A DNA stretch of 63,887 nt, filler included, from Octopus bimaculoides (lineage: Eukaryota): assembly GCF_001194135.2 (NCBI RefSeq). It is 5 parts of 5 records of this genome, joined end to end, with 100 filler letters (N's around TTAATTAATTAA, not from the genome) between each part and the next. Parts side by side here need not be neighbours in the genome. Positions count along the whole stretch, not along the records: positions 1 to 27,486 come from NC_068988.1; positions 27,587 to 38,361 come from NC_068987.1; positions 38,462 to 40,756 come from NW_026425776.1; 2 more parts are not named here. The stretch is one strand, 5' to 3'. A program made the translations under genes and the position numbers. Within the stretch, counting starts at the first letter, position 1. Each line of letters begins with the position of its first letter. Of this stretch, positions 25,856 through 38,469 are shown piece after piece. A model generated the notes under the pieces. It made no database searches. It was not told the DNA's origin and saw nothing but the letters and a program-made list of their open reading frames with translations.

Positions 25856-26085
25856 NCACAAGAGCCAGTCCAGGGGCACTGGCAACGATCTTACTTGGCT
25901 TGCCGGGTCTTCTCACGCACAGCACATTTCCAAAGGTCTCGGTCAGTAGTCATCGCCTCGGTGAGGCCCAATGTACGAAGGTCTTGCCTCACCACCTCAG
26001 CCCAGGTCTTCCTGAGCCTACCTCTTCCACGGGTTCCCTCAACTGTTAGGGTGTGGCACTTTTTCACGCAGCTATCCTCATCCAT
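25856..26085 (-). mobile_element. RTE LINE 3' end
   Basis: MDEDSCVKKCHTLTVEGTRGRGRLRKTWAEVVRQDL...DRDLWK, a typical RTE C-terminus. Confidence 0.85.
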
Positions 26086-26109
26086 ATATATATATATATA
26101 TATATATGG

Positions 26110-27262
26110 AGAGTGTGTCAGCTCAGCTGTTTGAGAACAAAACTTTTAAGAAACTTAAGTGGCCTAAACTTTACTCAATATTCTCTCTTCTCAACATGGA
26201 AGCTTCAAATCTAACACAGATGATGAAAAGGCATAGTGATTCTGAGATTGCAACTTTCTTAAAAGTCACCAGATCCTTTGGCTTTAAGATCAGAAAAGAG
26301 CTCCTGGCCTCTGGCAGAAATGTGCATTCCATGGTCAAATGAGAAACACATTATCAATGGTCAGACATTATGAGAAAAATTTGAGTTTGTCCAGCAAGTC
26401 CAGGGTTCCATCAACAAGAATCCTGGCAAGTCAATGAGGTTCCCTGCCGATCATCTTCTGTCAGACTCAATGATTAGAGATGTGGTGCACAAAGACATCA
26501 GGTACAAATTTTATGAGAAGAGAGCATTTCATGTCCAATAAGACCTGGGAGAACCATGTGATCTGGTTGAAGCACAAACTGAACAAACTCAAGCACCTTG
26601 AAGAGCCCAATATGTTCTGGTCCTTCTGAAGTAATAACTTCGTCCAAGATCAAAAAGGGAACAGCAAGAATAACAGATGACTCTGATGCAATCCCCACTA
26701 AAGCCCCCACTTTTATGCAAACCAAGTATTCCTCCTCTGTGATGGTCTGGGGGTGGCATGTGCAATGATGGCTACATCATGTCTCCTCAGTTTTTCTTAC
26801 AAGGGTTTTGGATCAATGCGGCTGCCTACCTTGAGACATTGGAGACGGCTCCCAAGCCCTGGATCAAGATAGTTGCTTTGGAGTAGTGCTGTATGTGTTC
26901 CTGCAAGACTCTGCTCCCTCTCTCCCAGCCTGCACAACCCGGAAGTAGATGGCCGAAAATTTTCCCGATCCTGTTACCCCTAACATTTGGCCTTCTAGCT
27001 CCCTGGTTTTCAACCCCCCATAGAAAACTACATCTGGGGCCTTGTTGAGAGGGAAACCAACAAGAACACCCACAATACCAAGGACTCAAGGGACTTAGGG
27101 AATGTTTTGCAAACATAAATAAAGACCACTTGATCAACATATTTAGTCAATTCAGAAGCTGTACTGAGGTAGTAAGCATAGCTGATGGTGGTTTTTATTG
27201 AATGGCCTTTAGCTATATTTGTGTTAGAGTATGTTCATATCGAATAACTTAACACCGCTGTA
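26110..27262 (+). mobile_element. Tc1/mariner (maT/DD37D-like) transposon remnant
   Basis: Broken frames resemble VMVWG...MSPQFFLQG..INAAAYLETLE...KPWI and WPPxSPDxNP. TIR-like ...caccgctgta followed by TA. Confidence 0.7.
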
Positions 27263-27450
27263 TACAGTAGCTATATAAGCAATGTGTTTGGAGGGGAGAA
27301 TGGGTTAGATGGGTGCTGATGAAGTGGAAAAAACCCCTGAAATATGGCATATACACCCAAATATTCTGTAAAAATATATTAGTTTTCCTTACATTAAAAT
27401 TTTGTACTGAAATAGACAACATACTCTGTGTGTACATATCTTTGTATCTG

Positions 27451-27486
<36 letters not shown>

Positions 27487-27586
27487 NNNNNNNNNNNNNN
27501 NNNNNNNNNNNNNNNNNNNNNNNNNNNNNNTTAATTAATTAANNNNNNNNNNNNNNNNNNNNNNNNNNNNNNNNNNNNNNNNNNNN

Positions 27587-27693
27587 ACATATGTTTCAAA
27601 GGATTACAACCTATGTGATCCATAGGGATCTGTGATATTAAAATTGTAACATCCCTATGGATCACATAGGTTGTAATCCTTTGAAACATATGT
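27587..27693. repeat. Perfect 43-bp inverted repeat with 21-nt spacer at a contig edge
   Basis: 27587-27629 is the exact reverse complement of 27651-27693. Confidence 0.9.
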
Positions 27694-30600
27694 AGGAATA
27701 AAGTATGCAATTATAACATGCGTTTTCTCCATTCCTTAAATTTTTAAATATATATATATATATATATATATACATACATACATATATTTCAGTTTCCATC
27801 TACCAAATCCACTCACAAGGCTTTGGTCAGCCTGAGGCTATAGAAGAAGACACTTATCCAAGGTACCATACAGAGAGACTGAACCCAGAACTATGATGTG
27901 GTTGGGAAGCAAGCTTCTTGCCCCACAGTTTTTGAGCTTGCCTTTGTTTAACTTTGTTTGGAAATTCCACTTGTCTCTTGGACTAAGTTACCAAAAAATT
28001 GAAATTTATTCAACTGCTTTGTATAGCTATTTCACTTTATTTAATACAAAACTTTAGGGAGAGCTGAAGAGTAGGTCTCAAGAGAAGTTCCCCCACCATC
28101 CATTATGCAAGTGTTTTGGCCTTTAACACTTTGTACTCCAGGGAAGTCAGGTTGCATGCAGGTCATAAATAATTCTTGGATGACTCTCTGCTATCACATT
28201 CTGTTCTACTGTTTGTGTTTTAATCTGCACCTTTCTGGGTGGTCAAGTGCCCCAAAGCCAAGATACTTTGGATGTTGGAAGTTCATTCTGGAACATTGAT
28301 TGTATGAAAAGTAAATCATGCTTTCTCAAACTCACTTACATTCCTCCTTGACTAGATCCATTTGGAACGCTTGTCAGCTGCTTCTGCTATTGCATTTAGA
28401 GTTCTGGTCCTCTTTTTTTCCAGAAACTGAGGGTCATTTCATGAGACCATTTATATTATTTGATTCTGTTGAGAAAGGTATGTCTGATAATCATATGTCC
28501 TCTCCATAATTAAAGAGGAGATCTTGTGTGGGTCATTCTGTGCAAAACAATATAAACTGCTAGAAACAAAATATTGACATATATCTCTCTTTTCATTTAA
28601 TACTAATTACAATTATGGCACTGTTAAGTGTTCATAGTTATGAACTACTTACAGAAAAGTTGATAACGGATGCAAACAAGATACTCACTTTGAAAAGAGG
28701 AAAAGCACAGACTACATAATTTATGCAGAGTCAGGTTACAAGATGTAAATTTAAAAAAATGTCAGATTTCCGTTAACTTATTAACTTAATTTTTACTGTA
28801 ACTTACTAATCCATACCAGTATGAATAGTGCTAAAATCATTTCAAATTTTGGCACAAGGCCATCAATTTTGGGAGAAGGTCAAGTCAATTGAATCAACTC
28901 CAGTGTTCAACTGGTACTTATTTTATTGACTCCAAAAGGATGAAAGGCAAAGTCGACCTCTGTGGAATTTGAACTCAGGACATACAGACAGATGAAATGC
29001 TGCTAAGCATTTTGACTGGTGTGATAAAGATTCAGTCAGCTCACTGCCTTTGAATAGTGTTAAAATAATAACAGAATATTGTACAAGTTTGGTATCGTAT
29101 ATTAGAGAAGAAAGTTCATATGAAATGCAGTTCATATAGCACACTTACACCAGTTTTGTCAAGAGGAATCAGAAAAAAGTAATATACAGTAATTTGAAAG
29201 CAGTAATAAAAGAATGTTATATTATTTTATAAACAGGTTTGTATTCAGAAACAAGAAATACTCAACCAGTTATTGCAAATCATCTAAGCCATCCCTACTT
29301 CTCAATTAGTATGAGCACCATACTAACATTGATAAGTAATGAGAATGCATACAAAGGAAAGAAATTCCTGACTTGTTTTGAAATATAAAATTATGGTATA
29401 GCCCCAAAGATAACTAACTGAAGATTTAAGGAAAACTTGTATTTTAGCCTGTTCTGTAATCATGATGCGCCCTCTGTTATGAGTGTATGAGCTACAATAT
29501 ATATATATATATTTATTTATTTAGCCAAGAAAGAAGGCAATGCCCAAGATTCTGTATAAGACCACCATGGCTAGTGAGAAGGAAGGAGGTATCTCCAAAC
29601 AGAGACCTTCATAATGGCATCCAAGATCCCAGATGCAAAATACATTAAAATTAATATTAATATCCTCAAAAATATATTAATACAATGTTATTAAGGCTAT
29701 CCAAAATTAGTAAAATTGAACATCTGAAAAATTACCAGTTTATAAACGCTAACAAAAAGAACACTTAAATCGAATTCAACCTAAGACATTCCTTCACTCA
29801 ACTAATGCTGACATCACTGGATAATGAAAATGCTTTACTAAAATGAAATAAAAAATAAAACGTGTGTGTACATGCTTGATGTGATGATTGTACATGAACA
29901 TCATCATTACCATACAGGTGATGTTGTTTGTTTCTTGTCTTCCATGAAAAACATACTTGATCGTGGGGAAATATTTACCTTACTTGGAAACAGGTGAGGG
30001 TTGACAACAGGAAGAGCATCTGGCTGTAGAAAGACCTATCTCAACAAATTCTGTCTGACTTATGCAAGTATATGAAGTAGATGTTAAATGAGGATGATGA
30101 TAATGAATGTGTGTGTCTATATGTGTGTCTCCACATATTGACATCACATTATAGTTGTAAATGAGCATTATCATTATACATGTGGTATCTTTCATTTCCA
30201 GTCTTCCATGAAAATATCACCTTACTTGGTAACAGGGGAGGATTGGTGATAGGAAGGGTATTTGGCCATAGAAAATCTGCTTCAACAAACTCTGACCTAT
30301 GCAAGCATGGACAAGTGGATATGAAAATAGTGGCAATTGTGACAGCAATAATATTCAATGTATTAGTGGTGGATTAATAACTTCAGCAATTATTAGTTTG
30401 ACACTCAGTTTCAGAAGTGTGAAGTCCATTGGGGCAACAAACTGACAGATCAGACAAAACAAAGCCTTTTTGCTGATAGGTTTATCAATCAGTACAACCT
30501 GAGATATTGTCATGCCAACATTGAAACTTCTTTACAATTTCTGTCATCTTAAAAAAAATTGATATAACAAAAGAGGCATTGGATAATGTAATCCAAGATA

Positions 30601-30839
30601 TATTGTTTAAAAACACAAAGTAGATGAGTTGTCACAATTGCATGATCTTTGGTTATAGTTCTATTTCATCAAGAGTATCCCAACCTACTGATTAGAGTCA
30701 CACTTGATAATGGTTGACTTTAAACCTGATAATAGACAGCTTAACTTATATAGGTTTTGGCCATTATTGGCTCAGGCTACGTCTAACTTGATAGCATCAC
30801 TTAGTGTAGTCTTTTAAGTCATGTTTTGGGACATCATAA

Positions 30840-31340
30840 CCCACTCAAGTGAGGAATTTCTGTTTACTGAGATGGATCCTGGCTTTGGTGGTTTTTCTGG
30901 TATTTCTTAGATAATTTTGTCCAGGTAGCTTTTGAATGTTATAGGGACTTTTCTTTTCTTGATTTCTTTCAGAATTATGTTGAATAAAGCAGGACCAGTT
31001 GAGGTAAAAAGTTGTGATGGAAGCTCAATTTTTGTGGAGGGCATATGACTCAGGGTCCAAGTCTCAGCTGAAAGGTGAACTCGATACCAGCATTGTTTAG
31101 ACAGTATTGATGGAATATTTTCTCCATTCTACAAATAATGCAGTGTTCATGGCAGTATTGGAGAGAATAAAATTTGAAGTTTTGAGGTTATCCCATAGTC
31201 AAGGTCTGTCATGCTATTTGGCTGTTTTTGTCTATGGTTGATCTCTGGGGTGCTTCAATCCTTATACTGGGTAGCAATATTCTAAGAGAGACCTTGCAAA
31301 TGTAGAGAAGAGGAAAATGATGGTATCAAGACTAGTTTCA
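30840..31340 (-). mobile_element. CR1/L2/Jockey-type LINE, RT C-terminal and 3' remnant
   Basis: Broken frames give LFSTFARSLLEYCYPV, MTDLDY, GPALFNIILKEIKKRK, EIPEKPPKPG. Confidence 0.75.
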
Positions 31341-31490
31341 TTTTCATGGTCTCTTGAACTCTCACTCCAGAGTTTTTTTTTATCTTTCCCTTCTGGTACT
31401 TATCAGCTCTTGGACTTGTCATCTTACTTAGCCTTGGGTGGAGTTTACCACCCACTAAGGGTATCATTCCCAAGCAACCCAGCTCTCGGA
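31341..31490 (-). pseudogene. Degenerate 28S rRNA 5'-region fragment
   Basis: Plus strand reads ctcttgaactctc...tttccc...ggtac...ttagccttgggtggagtttaccacccac...cattcccaagcaaccc, matching the antisense of the conserved LSU 5' core recalled from eukaryotes. Several CpG-type substitutions. Confidence 0.8.
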
Positions 31491-32479
31491 CTGAAGGACA
31501 CTATTGATCATCTCTAGCTCTGAATGGGGATAGCACCAACTCTGAGTAACCACAGAGATATCAGAAAATATTCAAAATTGAACAAAATTTTGGCTCTAAA
31601 CAGTAGTAATCTCAGTGTTACAGACATTGACTGTGTACAGACTTTAAGGTCATTAGAACATAAGTAACTAGAAAGTTATTTTAACTTTAGCAACAATGTT
31701 AGGGTATACAATATGGCTATATGTGTCGTATGCTTTAACTTCAGTTGTTTAAACAACATTACTCATTTATTAATGTCCAGATTATGGGGAAGCAGGCTGT
31801 TTTTTGTTCACAAATTAGCTCTGAATGAGCAAATCTATAATCAAAAGAGTCCCAGCCATTACCATCCCATTGTTTTGTTAAGGAATGTGTAGCTAATACT
31901 ACATTATTCAACATAGTTATAAAAATCATTTTTAAAAGAAAGAAGTGTGATTTAAAGGAATTTGGTTGCTATTTATAGCAGAGTAGACCTTCACATAGAG
32001 GCTTTCTTGTCAGCTTGTATGAATAGCAGGTGATATTTTGAAGTAGAAGGATTGTTCAGTCAATGACTCCTTGACAATTTTCTGTGTATTCACAATTGTT
32101 ATTGCTGTTATCTTTGTGTTAAGGGGCAGAGTCAATCAAATATTTCACATCAACTGGATAAATTTTGCACACTAAGACACTCTTAATCTGTCTTACCAAT
32201 TTAAACAGTTGTTTGTTTGCACAAAGATATGCAGGATAGATATTGTAGTTCAGGCTAGATGTGAATGTTTGCTGAATTTTCTAGGGATTTTGAAATTTAT
32301 TTTTCTTTTTAAGTCATTATCTATGTTTTACTATATCTATTGAGTGCTTTTTTATTCAACCCAGCCAAAGCTTGATTTTACTGATGTGGGACATTAAGAT
32401 ATTGTGTTTGACACATTCTTCATTTTTTATGTATTTCAATGATGATGATGATGATGATTCCAAAAAACACACCTTCAGT

Positions 32480-32902
32480 GATACCCTAAAAATGAGACCT
32501 GTATTGGTCAATTGGTGTGGCCCAATTCTGTTCCACGATAATGCAAAGCCACTTGTTGCAAGAATGATGCTGCAGAAACTCACAGACTTGGGATACGAGA
32601 CTTTATCACATCCTCCATATTCTCCTGATCTTTCACCCACTGACTACCATTTTTTAAAGCATTTAAACACGTTTTTAAGTGATAAAACTTTTTAGGTCCA
32701 AATCGAAGGCAGAATCAGCTTTCAAAGATTTCTTAGCATCAAAGCCAATAAGCGACGCATAAATAATCTCGTTTGATCGATGGCAGACATGCATAGATGT
32801 TCACAGTTCATACTTTGACTAATCAAAACATTTCTATTGTTAATTTTTCCAGAATAAAATTATGCTTCTGAAATTGGCCATTATTTTCGGAACAACCTAA
32901 TA
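32480..32902 (+). mobile_element. mariner 3' remnant with right TIR
   Basis: GPILFHDNAKP...HPPYSPDLSPTDYHFLKHL. Ends in ...ttattttcggaacaacctaata. Confidence 0.9.
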
Positions 32903-33899
32903 TTTTATTATGCATGTACTATTCTCAGTGACTACTATTGTTGAAATTTGTGATTCCATTCAATTGTTATCGAACTCCAGGTCAGCTTTGACCAAGAAGG
33001 CATAATCAAAGTTCCACTCATCTTATTTTTAGACAATTTATGTACAATTACATCAGGTTTTGAGAATTTGGCTTCTATTCTACAAAATCTAGCAGCCATA
33101 TATAGACTTCTTGTTTTGCAATCAGTGAACAATATTTTGTTTGCGTTGCTTATGTGAGAGAGTGTTGAGATCATAAGAGGTAGTAAAGTGTCATCCAATG
33201 AGAGTTTTTCCTGTTTTGGTAAAGTTTGGTGAGGTTTGTGTTATCATGAGAAGTTGGTGAATGGTGGTGGGTGAGACCATTTTATCTTTTATCTAAGTAC
33301 CACTTCATATCCTATAGTCAAGTTATTGATACTACTCTATATATTCTTTATCTCTGTAGAAATTAAACATTTTAGGGAAGATCCTATTTAAAATTGGGTC
33401 ACATTGCACTCATGGTAATAGTTCTAAGTCTGGCACAAGGTCAGCAGGTTTAGGAGAATGGTTAAGACATCAGTCTCAGTGCTTAACTGGAACTTATTTT
33501 ATCGATCCTGAAAGGATGACAGACAAAGTTGACCTTGGCAGAATTTTAACTCAGAATGTAAAGAGCCAAAAGAAATGTTGCTATGCATTTTGTCCAGCAT
33601 GTTAATGATTCTGCCAGCTTGTTGCCTGACTCATGGTAATAACAACATAGAAAACAATTCACAGCATGCCAAAGTAGAGTTACATGATTTTTTTTTTTTT
33701 TGGTTTGATCAGGAGGAAAACTTTCTGCCCTCTGGTACCAATGCAGTGTTCCTCTTGAATAACTGCAAAAAATACATGGCCATAGAAGGAATTCTGGAGG
33801 GAAAGGAAGGTTTGTGTATAATGGTTACAGAGGAGCCATTTTGGCAGATACAATATGGATGGTGAGAGAAGGAAAGACAAGTGAATTGGAAGGGCCTGA

Positions 33900-34400
33900 G
33901 TGGAGGTAGCACTGCTTTTCTTTTTCTTGTTGAATATATATCAGTCCTCACCAGCAGCTGATACTCTATAAGGTTGAAATGAAGCCACAATGGAGTATTG
34001 CACACACATCTGGGATGAGATTGCTGCTACACACACTGATATCTTGGACCACATCCAATGAAGGATCACTCAGTTAATTGGTATTCTATCACTAACAGAC
34101 ACACTTCATCCTCTGGCCCAGAGATATACTGTCTCCTCTCTCAACCTTTCCTATCACTACTATAATAATACCCACTGTTCCTTGAGCCTGGCTGGCCTCA
34201 TACTCTTACCACATGAGCACCCCCAATCCATTCGTTTCTTCATATCTCCTTATTCTTGGTGCATCCAATGCCATATTCCCTGCACTAATCACAATGCTCA
34301 GTCCTTCTTCCTCAGAACATCAATTCTCTGGAATCTTCTCCCTCTCGTATACTTCCTGTTGATGTTGACCTGCAACAGTTTAAAAGAGACATTAATGGTT
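33900..34400 (+). mobile_element. CR1/Jockey-type LINE 3' remnant
   Basis: YCTHIWDEIAATHTDILDHIQ...LTDTLHPLAQR. Confidence 0.7.
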
Positions 34401-37393
34401 CCTTTTAGTTTCTGTCTACCATATCCACTCACAAAGTTTTGGTTGACCTGGAGTTGTAGTATAAAATACTTGCCCAAAGTAGGACTGAACCTGGAACCAT
34501 ATGATTGGGAAGCAAAGCCTCAACCACCTGGCATTAATTGTTGGTTTAATCATTAGCAAGTGCCTTTCACCAAACTGATAGATTATTTGTAATACCAGTT
34601 GAAATTTATCTTTATATTCCAATTTATAGTTCTATACAGTTCACACATGCACACATTGATTTCCCAGCCCTTGAGCAAATTTATAGATCTGTTTACACAT
34701 GTGGGTAGATGAGATTAACAGATAATATTCTTAGTTAGAATCAACAATGTTGAATCCTGCACATAAGCATATATATACACATACAAATCAAGATGTTACA
34801 TAAAACTACAGGTGCAGTGGTAGATCTTATTGCATGTATGAAAATACCCACTTTTCAGAGTGTCTTAAATTATACCTTAGTTTCTTGTTTATAATTTACA
34901 TGTATAACAAGTATATATTCAGTTTTGTTTATTTACTTATTCACATTTTGAAGTCTTCTTAACCATGATGTTATCAATGTTTCGGTTGTGGCTAACAAGT
35001 AGTTTATCACAATGTTAGGACTCAGGACTTAGGTTTATCATGAGCCCTAGAACTCATAAGGCAGAGTTTATGTATAGATAACTGAGATCAAAAATGTCAC
35101 TGATTGAATGAGATGCAGGATTAACTTCACAGCTATTGCTAGAACTCATTTACAGCTGAGAGGAATGGAGCAACATGGAATGAGGTGTTTTGCTCAAGAA
35201 CACAATGCACCACTTGATCCAGGAATCAAAACCTCAATCTTATGACCATGTGTGCAGCACCATAACTACTACGCCATATGCCTTCACATCGTAATATCAT
35301 ATCACATATTACATTTAAAAACGCTTTTAAAGTTCATATTTAAATAGGATTCAAGGGCTAGAAAGTATACAGCTGCATCTTACTACCCACTCCATTTCCA
35401 GTGCCCATATAATTTTTCTTATTTTAATCAAAGTGGGTTGTACTGCCTAGCTTCTTGAGTAAATTATATGAACGCTAAGCAAGAATGGCTGCCATAACAG
35501 GTTAAAGTTTAGCCTTTCTATTTGTTTGCAGGCTGGAGGTTTTTGAAGAAACTCTGATTATTCATCATCATCATCATCACCATTTAATGTACTGTGAGCT
35601 TATCTACTGTTGGCAACTATTTATTGGTTTAAATTTTACACACCATAATAACAATGGCAAAACTGTCCAGAGTTCAAATCTCAGTGAGATAGACTTTACT
35701 TTTCATTTTGAAGAAGTCAATAAAATAAGTACAGGTCAAATACTGGAGTCAATGTAATTCATTTATTATCAACTGTTTTGACACTATCCTGCCTGAGGCC
35801 GCCCCTTCTTCCACAATACGAACTTCTTGTTTAAAGTGATCTATATTAAAGCCTTCCATCAAAATTTAATTTCTATTCCAAATGCCAGTTATTAAATTTT
35901 TCCTTATTTTCAAAACTAATTGAAAAAATTAATACAGAAATCATCATCATCATTGTTTAACGTCCATTTTTCCATGCTTGCATGAGTCAGATGGAATTTG
36001 TTGAGGTAAAATTTCTGTGGTTGGAAGCAAGTTAATACTTCCCCAGGACCAGACCTGTTTTTCCTCAGAAAACTGGAAACGAACAATATGACTTGCTAGT
36101 TAACAACCACCACGTTATGTCAAGATAACACACACACACACACTTTTTTCAGCTTCTGAAAAAAAAAAAAAAAAAAAAAAAAAAGCATTCTGTGCGTGTG
36201 TGTGTGTCAAATCCACCCACAAAATTTTGGTCGGCCCAGAGCTATAGTAGAAAACATTTGCCCAAGGTACTGCCCAGATGGACTGAACCCGAGACTACAT
36301 CGTTGGGAAACAAAGTAGTCAGCTTCTAAACATACAACCACGCCTGCACCTATATGCTAACAAAAGGTTAATTGATTGTAACCTTCTAAAATATTAATAT
36401 ATAAATTAACTCGCCACAAACTAGCCCGTTGATTTCCATGTGACAGTAAATGCAGAAAACAGTAGATTAACAAAACTGTGTCAACGACCTGGATTCGACA
36501 CCACTTTGGAAACGCTTCACTAATTCTTCTGTTGATTCCCATATTTTATAATCGTGTCCTCGTTATTGGTGTTCGAAAGAGTTTTAAAAAAATATTTAAA
36601 AATAACAAACAAACGCACGGCTTTGAATCTTTTCACTTTCTGAACTTTAACCAGATGCCTCTTCCCTACCCCACTAACCACAATATTAACATCACAATCA
36701 TCAGAAGCAACGTCAATGAAATTGCTCAAATACAGCTGGTTGTAAACCTGTTACCATTCTCATTTAATTTCGTCAAGGATCAAGTGTTAAGCGCCTGTGT
36801 GTGAGCGCGCGTATGAGAAGCGTTTGAAGCGTCAAGCAATGGAAACGTGGTTTATTTTGATTACTAAAAAGTGCATAAAACCTGACCCCCTCCGCTCTTT
36901 ATCACTCTGCTTTAATTTCGTTTCTCTTCCTCCCATCATTCCTTCGTGCTTAGCTTTATATTTCGCTACATTCATAAACAGGCCAGCAAGGGAGTCTTTG
37001 CTGCTAGAAATAACAACCAAATCTACTTCAAAACCCCACCGGCCACCCACCTAACCACCCAACAAATAAGACATCGGATAATGGTAGTTCGGAATACTAA
37101 TGTATTGGGAGAGTGGAAGTACTAACCGGTGTCTTTCAAGTTTAGCATGCAACTTTTATTAAATCCTACGGGTCGTGAATGAAGGCTCAGAATGAAATTA
37201 ATAATAACATCAGTGGGCCAGAAATTAATGTTTGCTCAATGTCATTACAAAATGAGAGAGGGACGCATGTGTATGTCTAATGACAGAGGTAATTTCTTTC
37301 GTTTAGCCATCTTTCGGCACTAGAAGACGATGACGTTCACTCTCTTTTTCAGCCTGGCCCCTTCATGTCATGCGGGAACGTTGTGTTGGTGAA

Positions 37394-37445
37394 TGACGTC
37401 ATCTTCTAATACTGAAAGATTGCCTTTCGAGTGAACGTATATAAA
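37394..37445 (+). promoter_or_regulatory. CRE plus TATA promoter-like element
   Basis: Palindromic TGACGTCA (37394-37401) 44 nt upstream of TATATAAA (37438-37445), within a CpG-enriched region of ~36.4-37.9 kb. Confidence 0.4.
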
Positions 37446-38118
37446 CCCCTAGTAACAATAAAAAAATAAAAATATATTATATATATGCGAGTTAGATTTC
37501 AATTTGTTACCAGGTTAAACACCACCACTAACAACAACAATAGGCACTCCACAAAAGTGGAGTGCATGGTCTTCGGTAAGGTCTGAGAGCGGCTGAGGAC
37601 AATTACCTTCCTACATTTGGGATTCTTTAAATGTATTTTTAAAGTGGTGTGGGTGTGTATGTGTGTGTGTGAATTATTCCTTTAACCCATTCTAGGATCT
37701 CTGGTAAGTTAACAACCATCTCGATCCCTGTGCTTTGTCACGCCAAAAAAGGTCGCGGCATTGAGATATACGCGCAATAAAATTATACGAAGACAAAAAG
37801 TAAAAATATATGTATCTACAGTGTTTGCGAGTGTATAATGATGTATGTTTACATATGTATGTAGTTGGGACGTGCAGTCTGCGTAGAAAATACAATGAGT
37901 AATTGGTTCCCAATTCATTAAAAAAAATGCTAATTTTAATGCATGAAGTTCAATCGGCAATACATTAATTAGTTATTATCTTGACGTTTACATACATACA
38001 TACAGACAGACAGACAGACAGATACATTTCATAGATACTCTGGGATGCACTGTTAGTAATCTATTACACACCCACAGACAGTGAAGAACTATAGTGAAAA
38101 TGCAGAAATGAAACTTAC

Positions 38119-38131
38119 TCCAGATGTGTCA
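38119..38131 (-). CDS. Candidate 13-nt microexon of the cadherin tail ((S)DTSG)
   Basis: cactttcactttgcag|TGACACATCTGGA|gtaagt. Strong sites on both sides, phase 2 to 0, compatible with the 41336-41392 exon. Confidence 0.35.
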
Positions 38132-38240
38132 CTGCAAAGTGAAAGTGTGATCTGATGTCGGGCGGTGGTTTGTTGTAACCAATTTTAAGAGAAATATTTT
38201 ATTACTTGTCTATGATATAGTTTATTTGTCTGTCTGTCAA

Positions 38241-38274
<34 letters not shown>

Positions 38275-38301
38275 ACGCACCGACATATATACACACACAT
38301 G

Positions 38302-38335
<34 letters not shown>

Positions 38336-38469
38336 GACATATATACACACATGAATATACANNNNNNNNNNNNNNNNNNNNNNNNNNNNNNNNNNNNNNN
38401 NNNNNTTAATTAATTAANNNNNNNNNNNNNNNNNNNNNNNNNNNNNNNNNNNNNNNNNNNNCACAGATT

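Noticed and set aside
27487-27586. TTAATTAATTAA flanked by 44 N on each side (also near 38406, 40801 and 62426)
   Set aside because: An identical 100-bp construct with stops in all six frames: an artificial scaffold linker.
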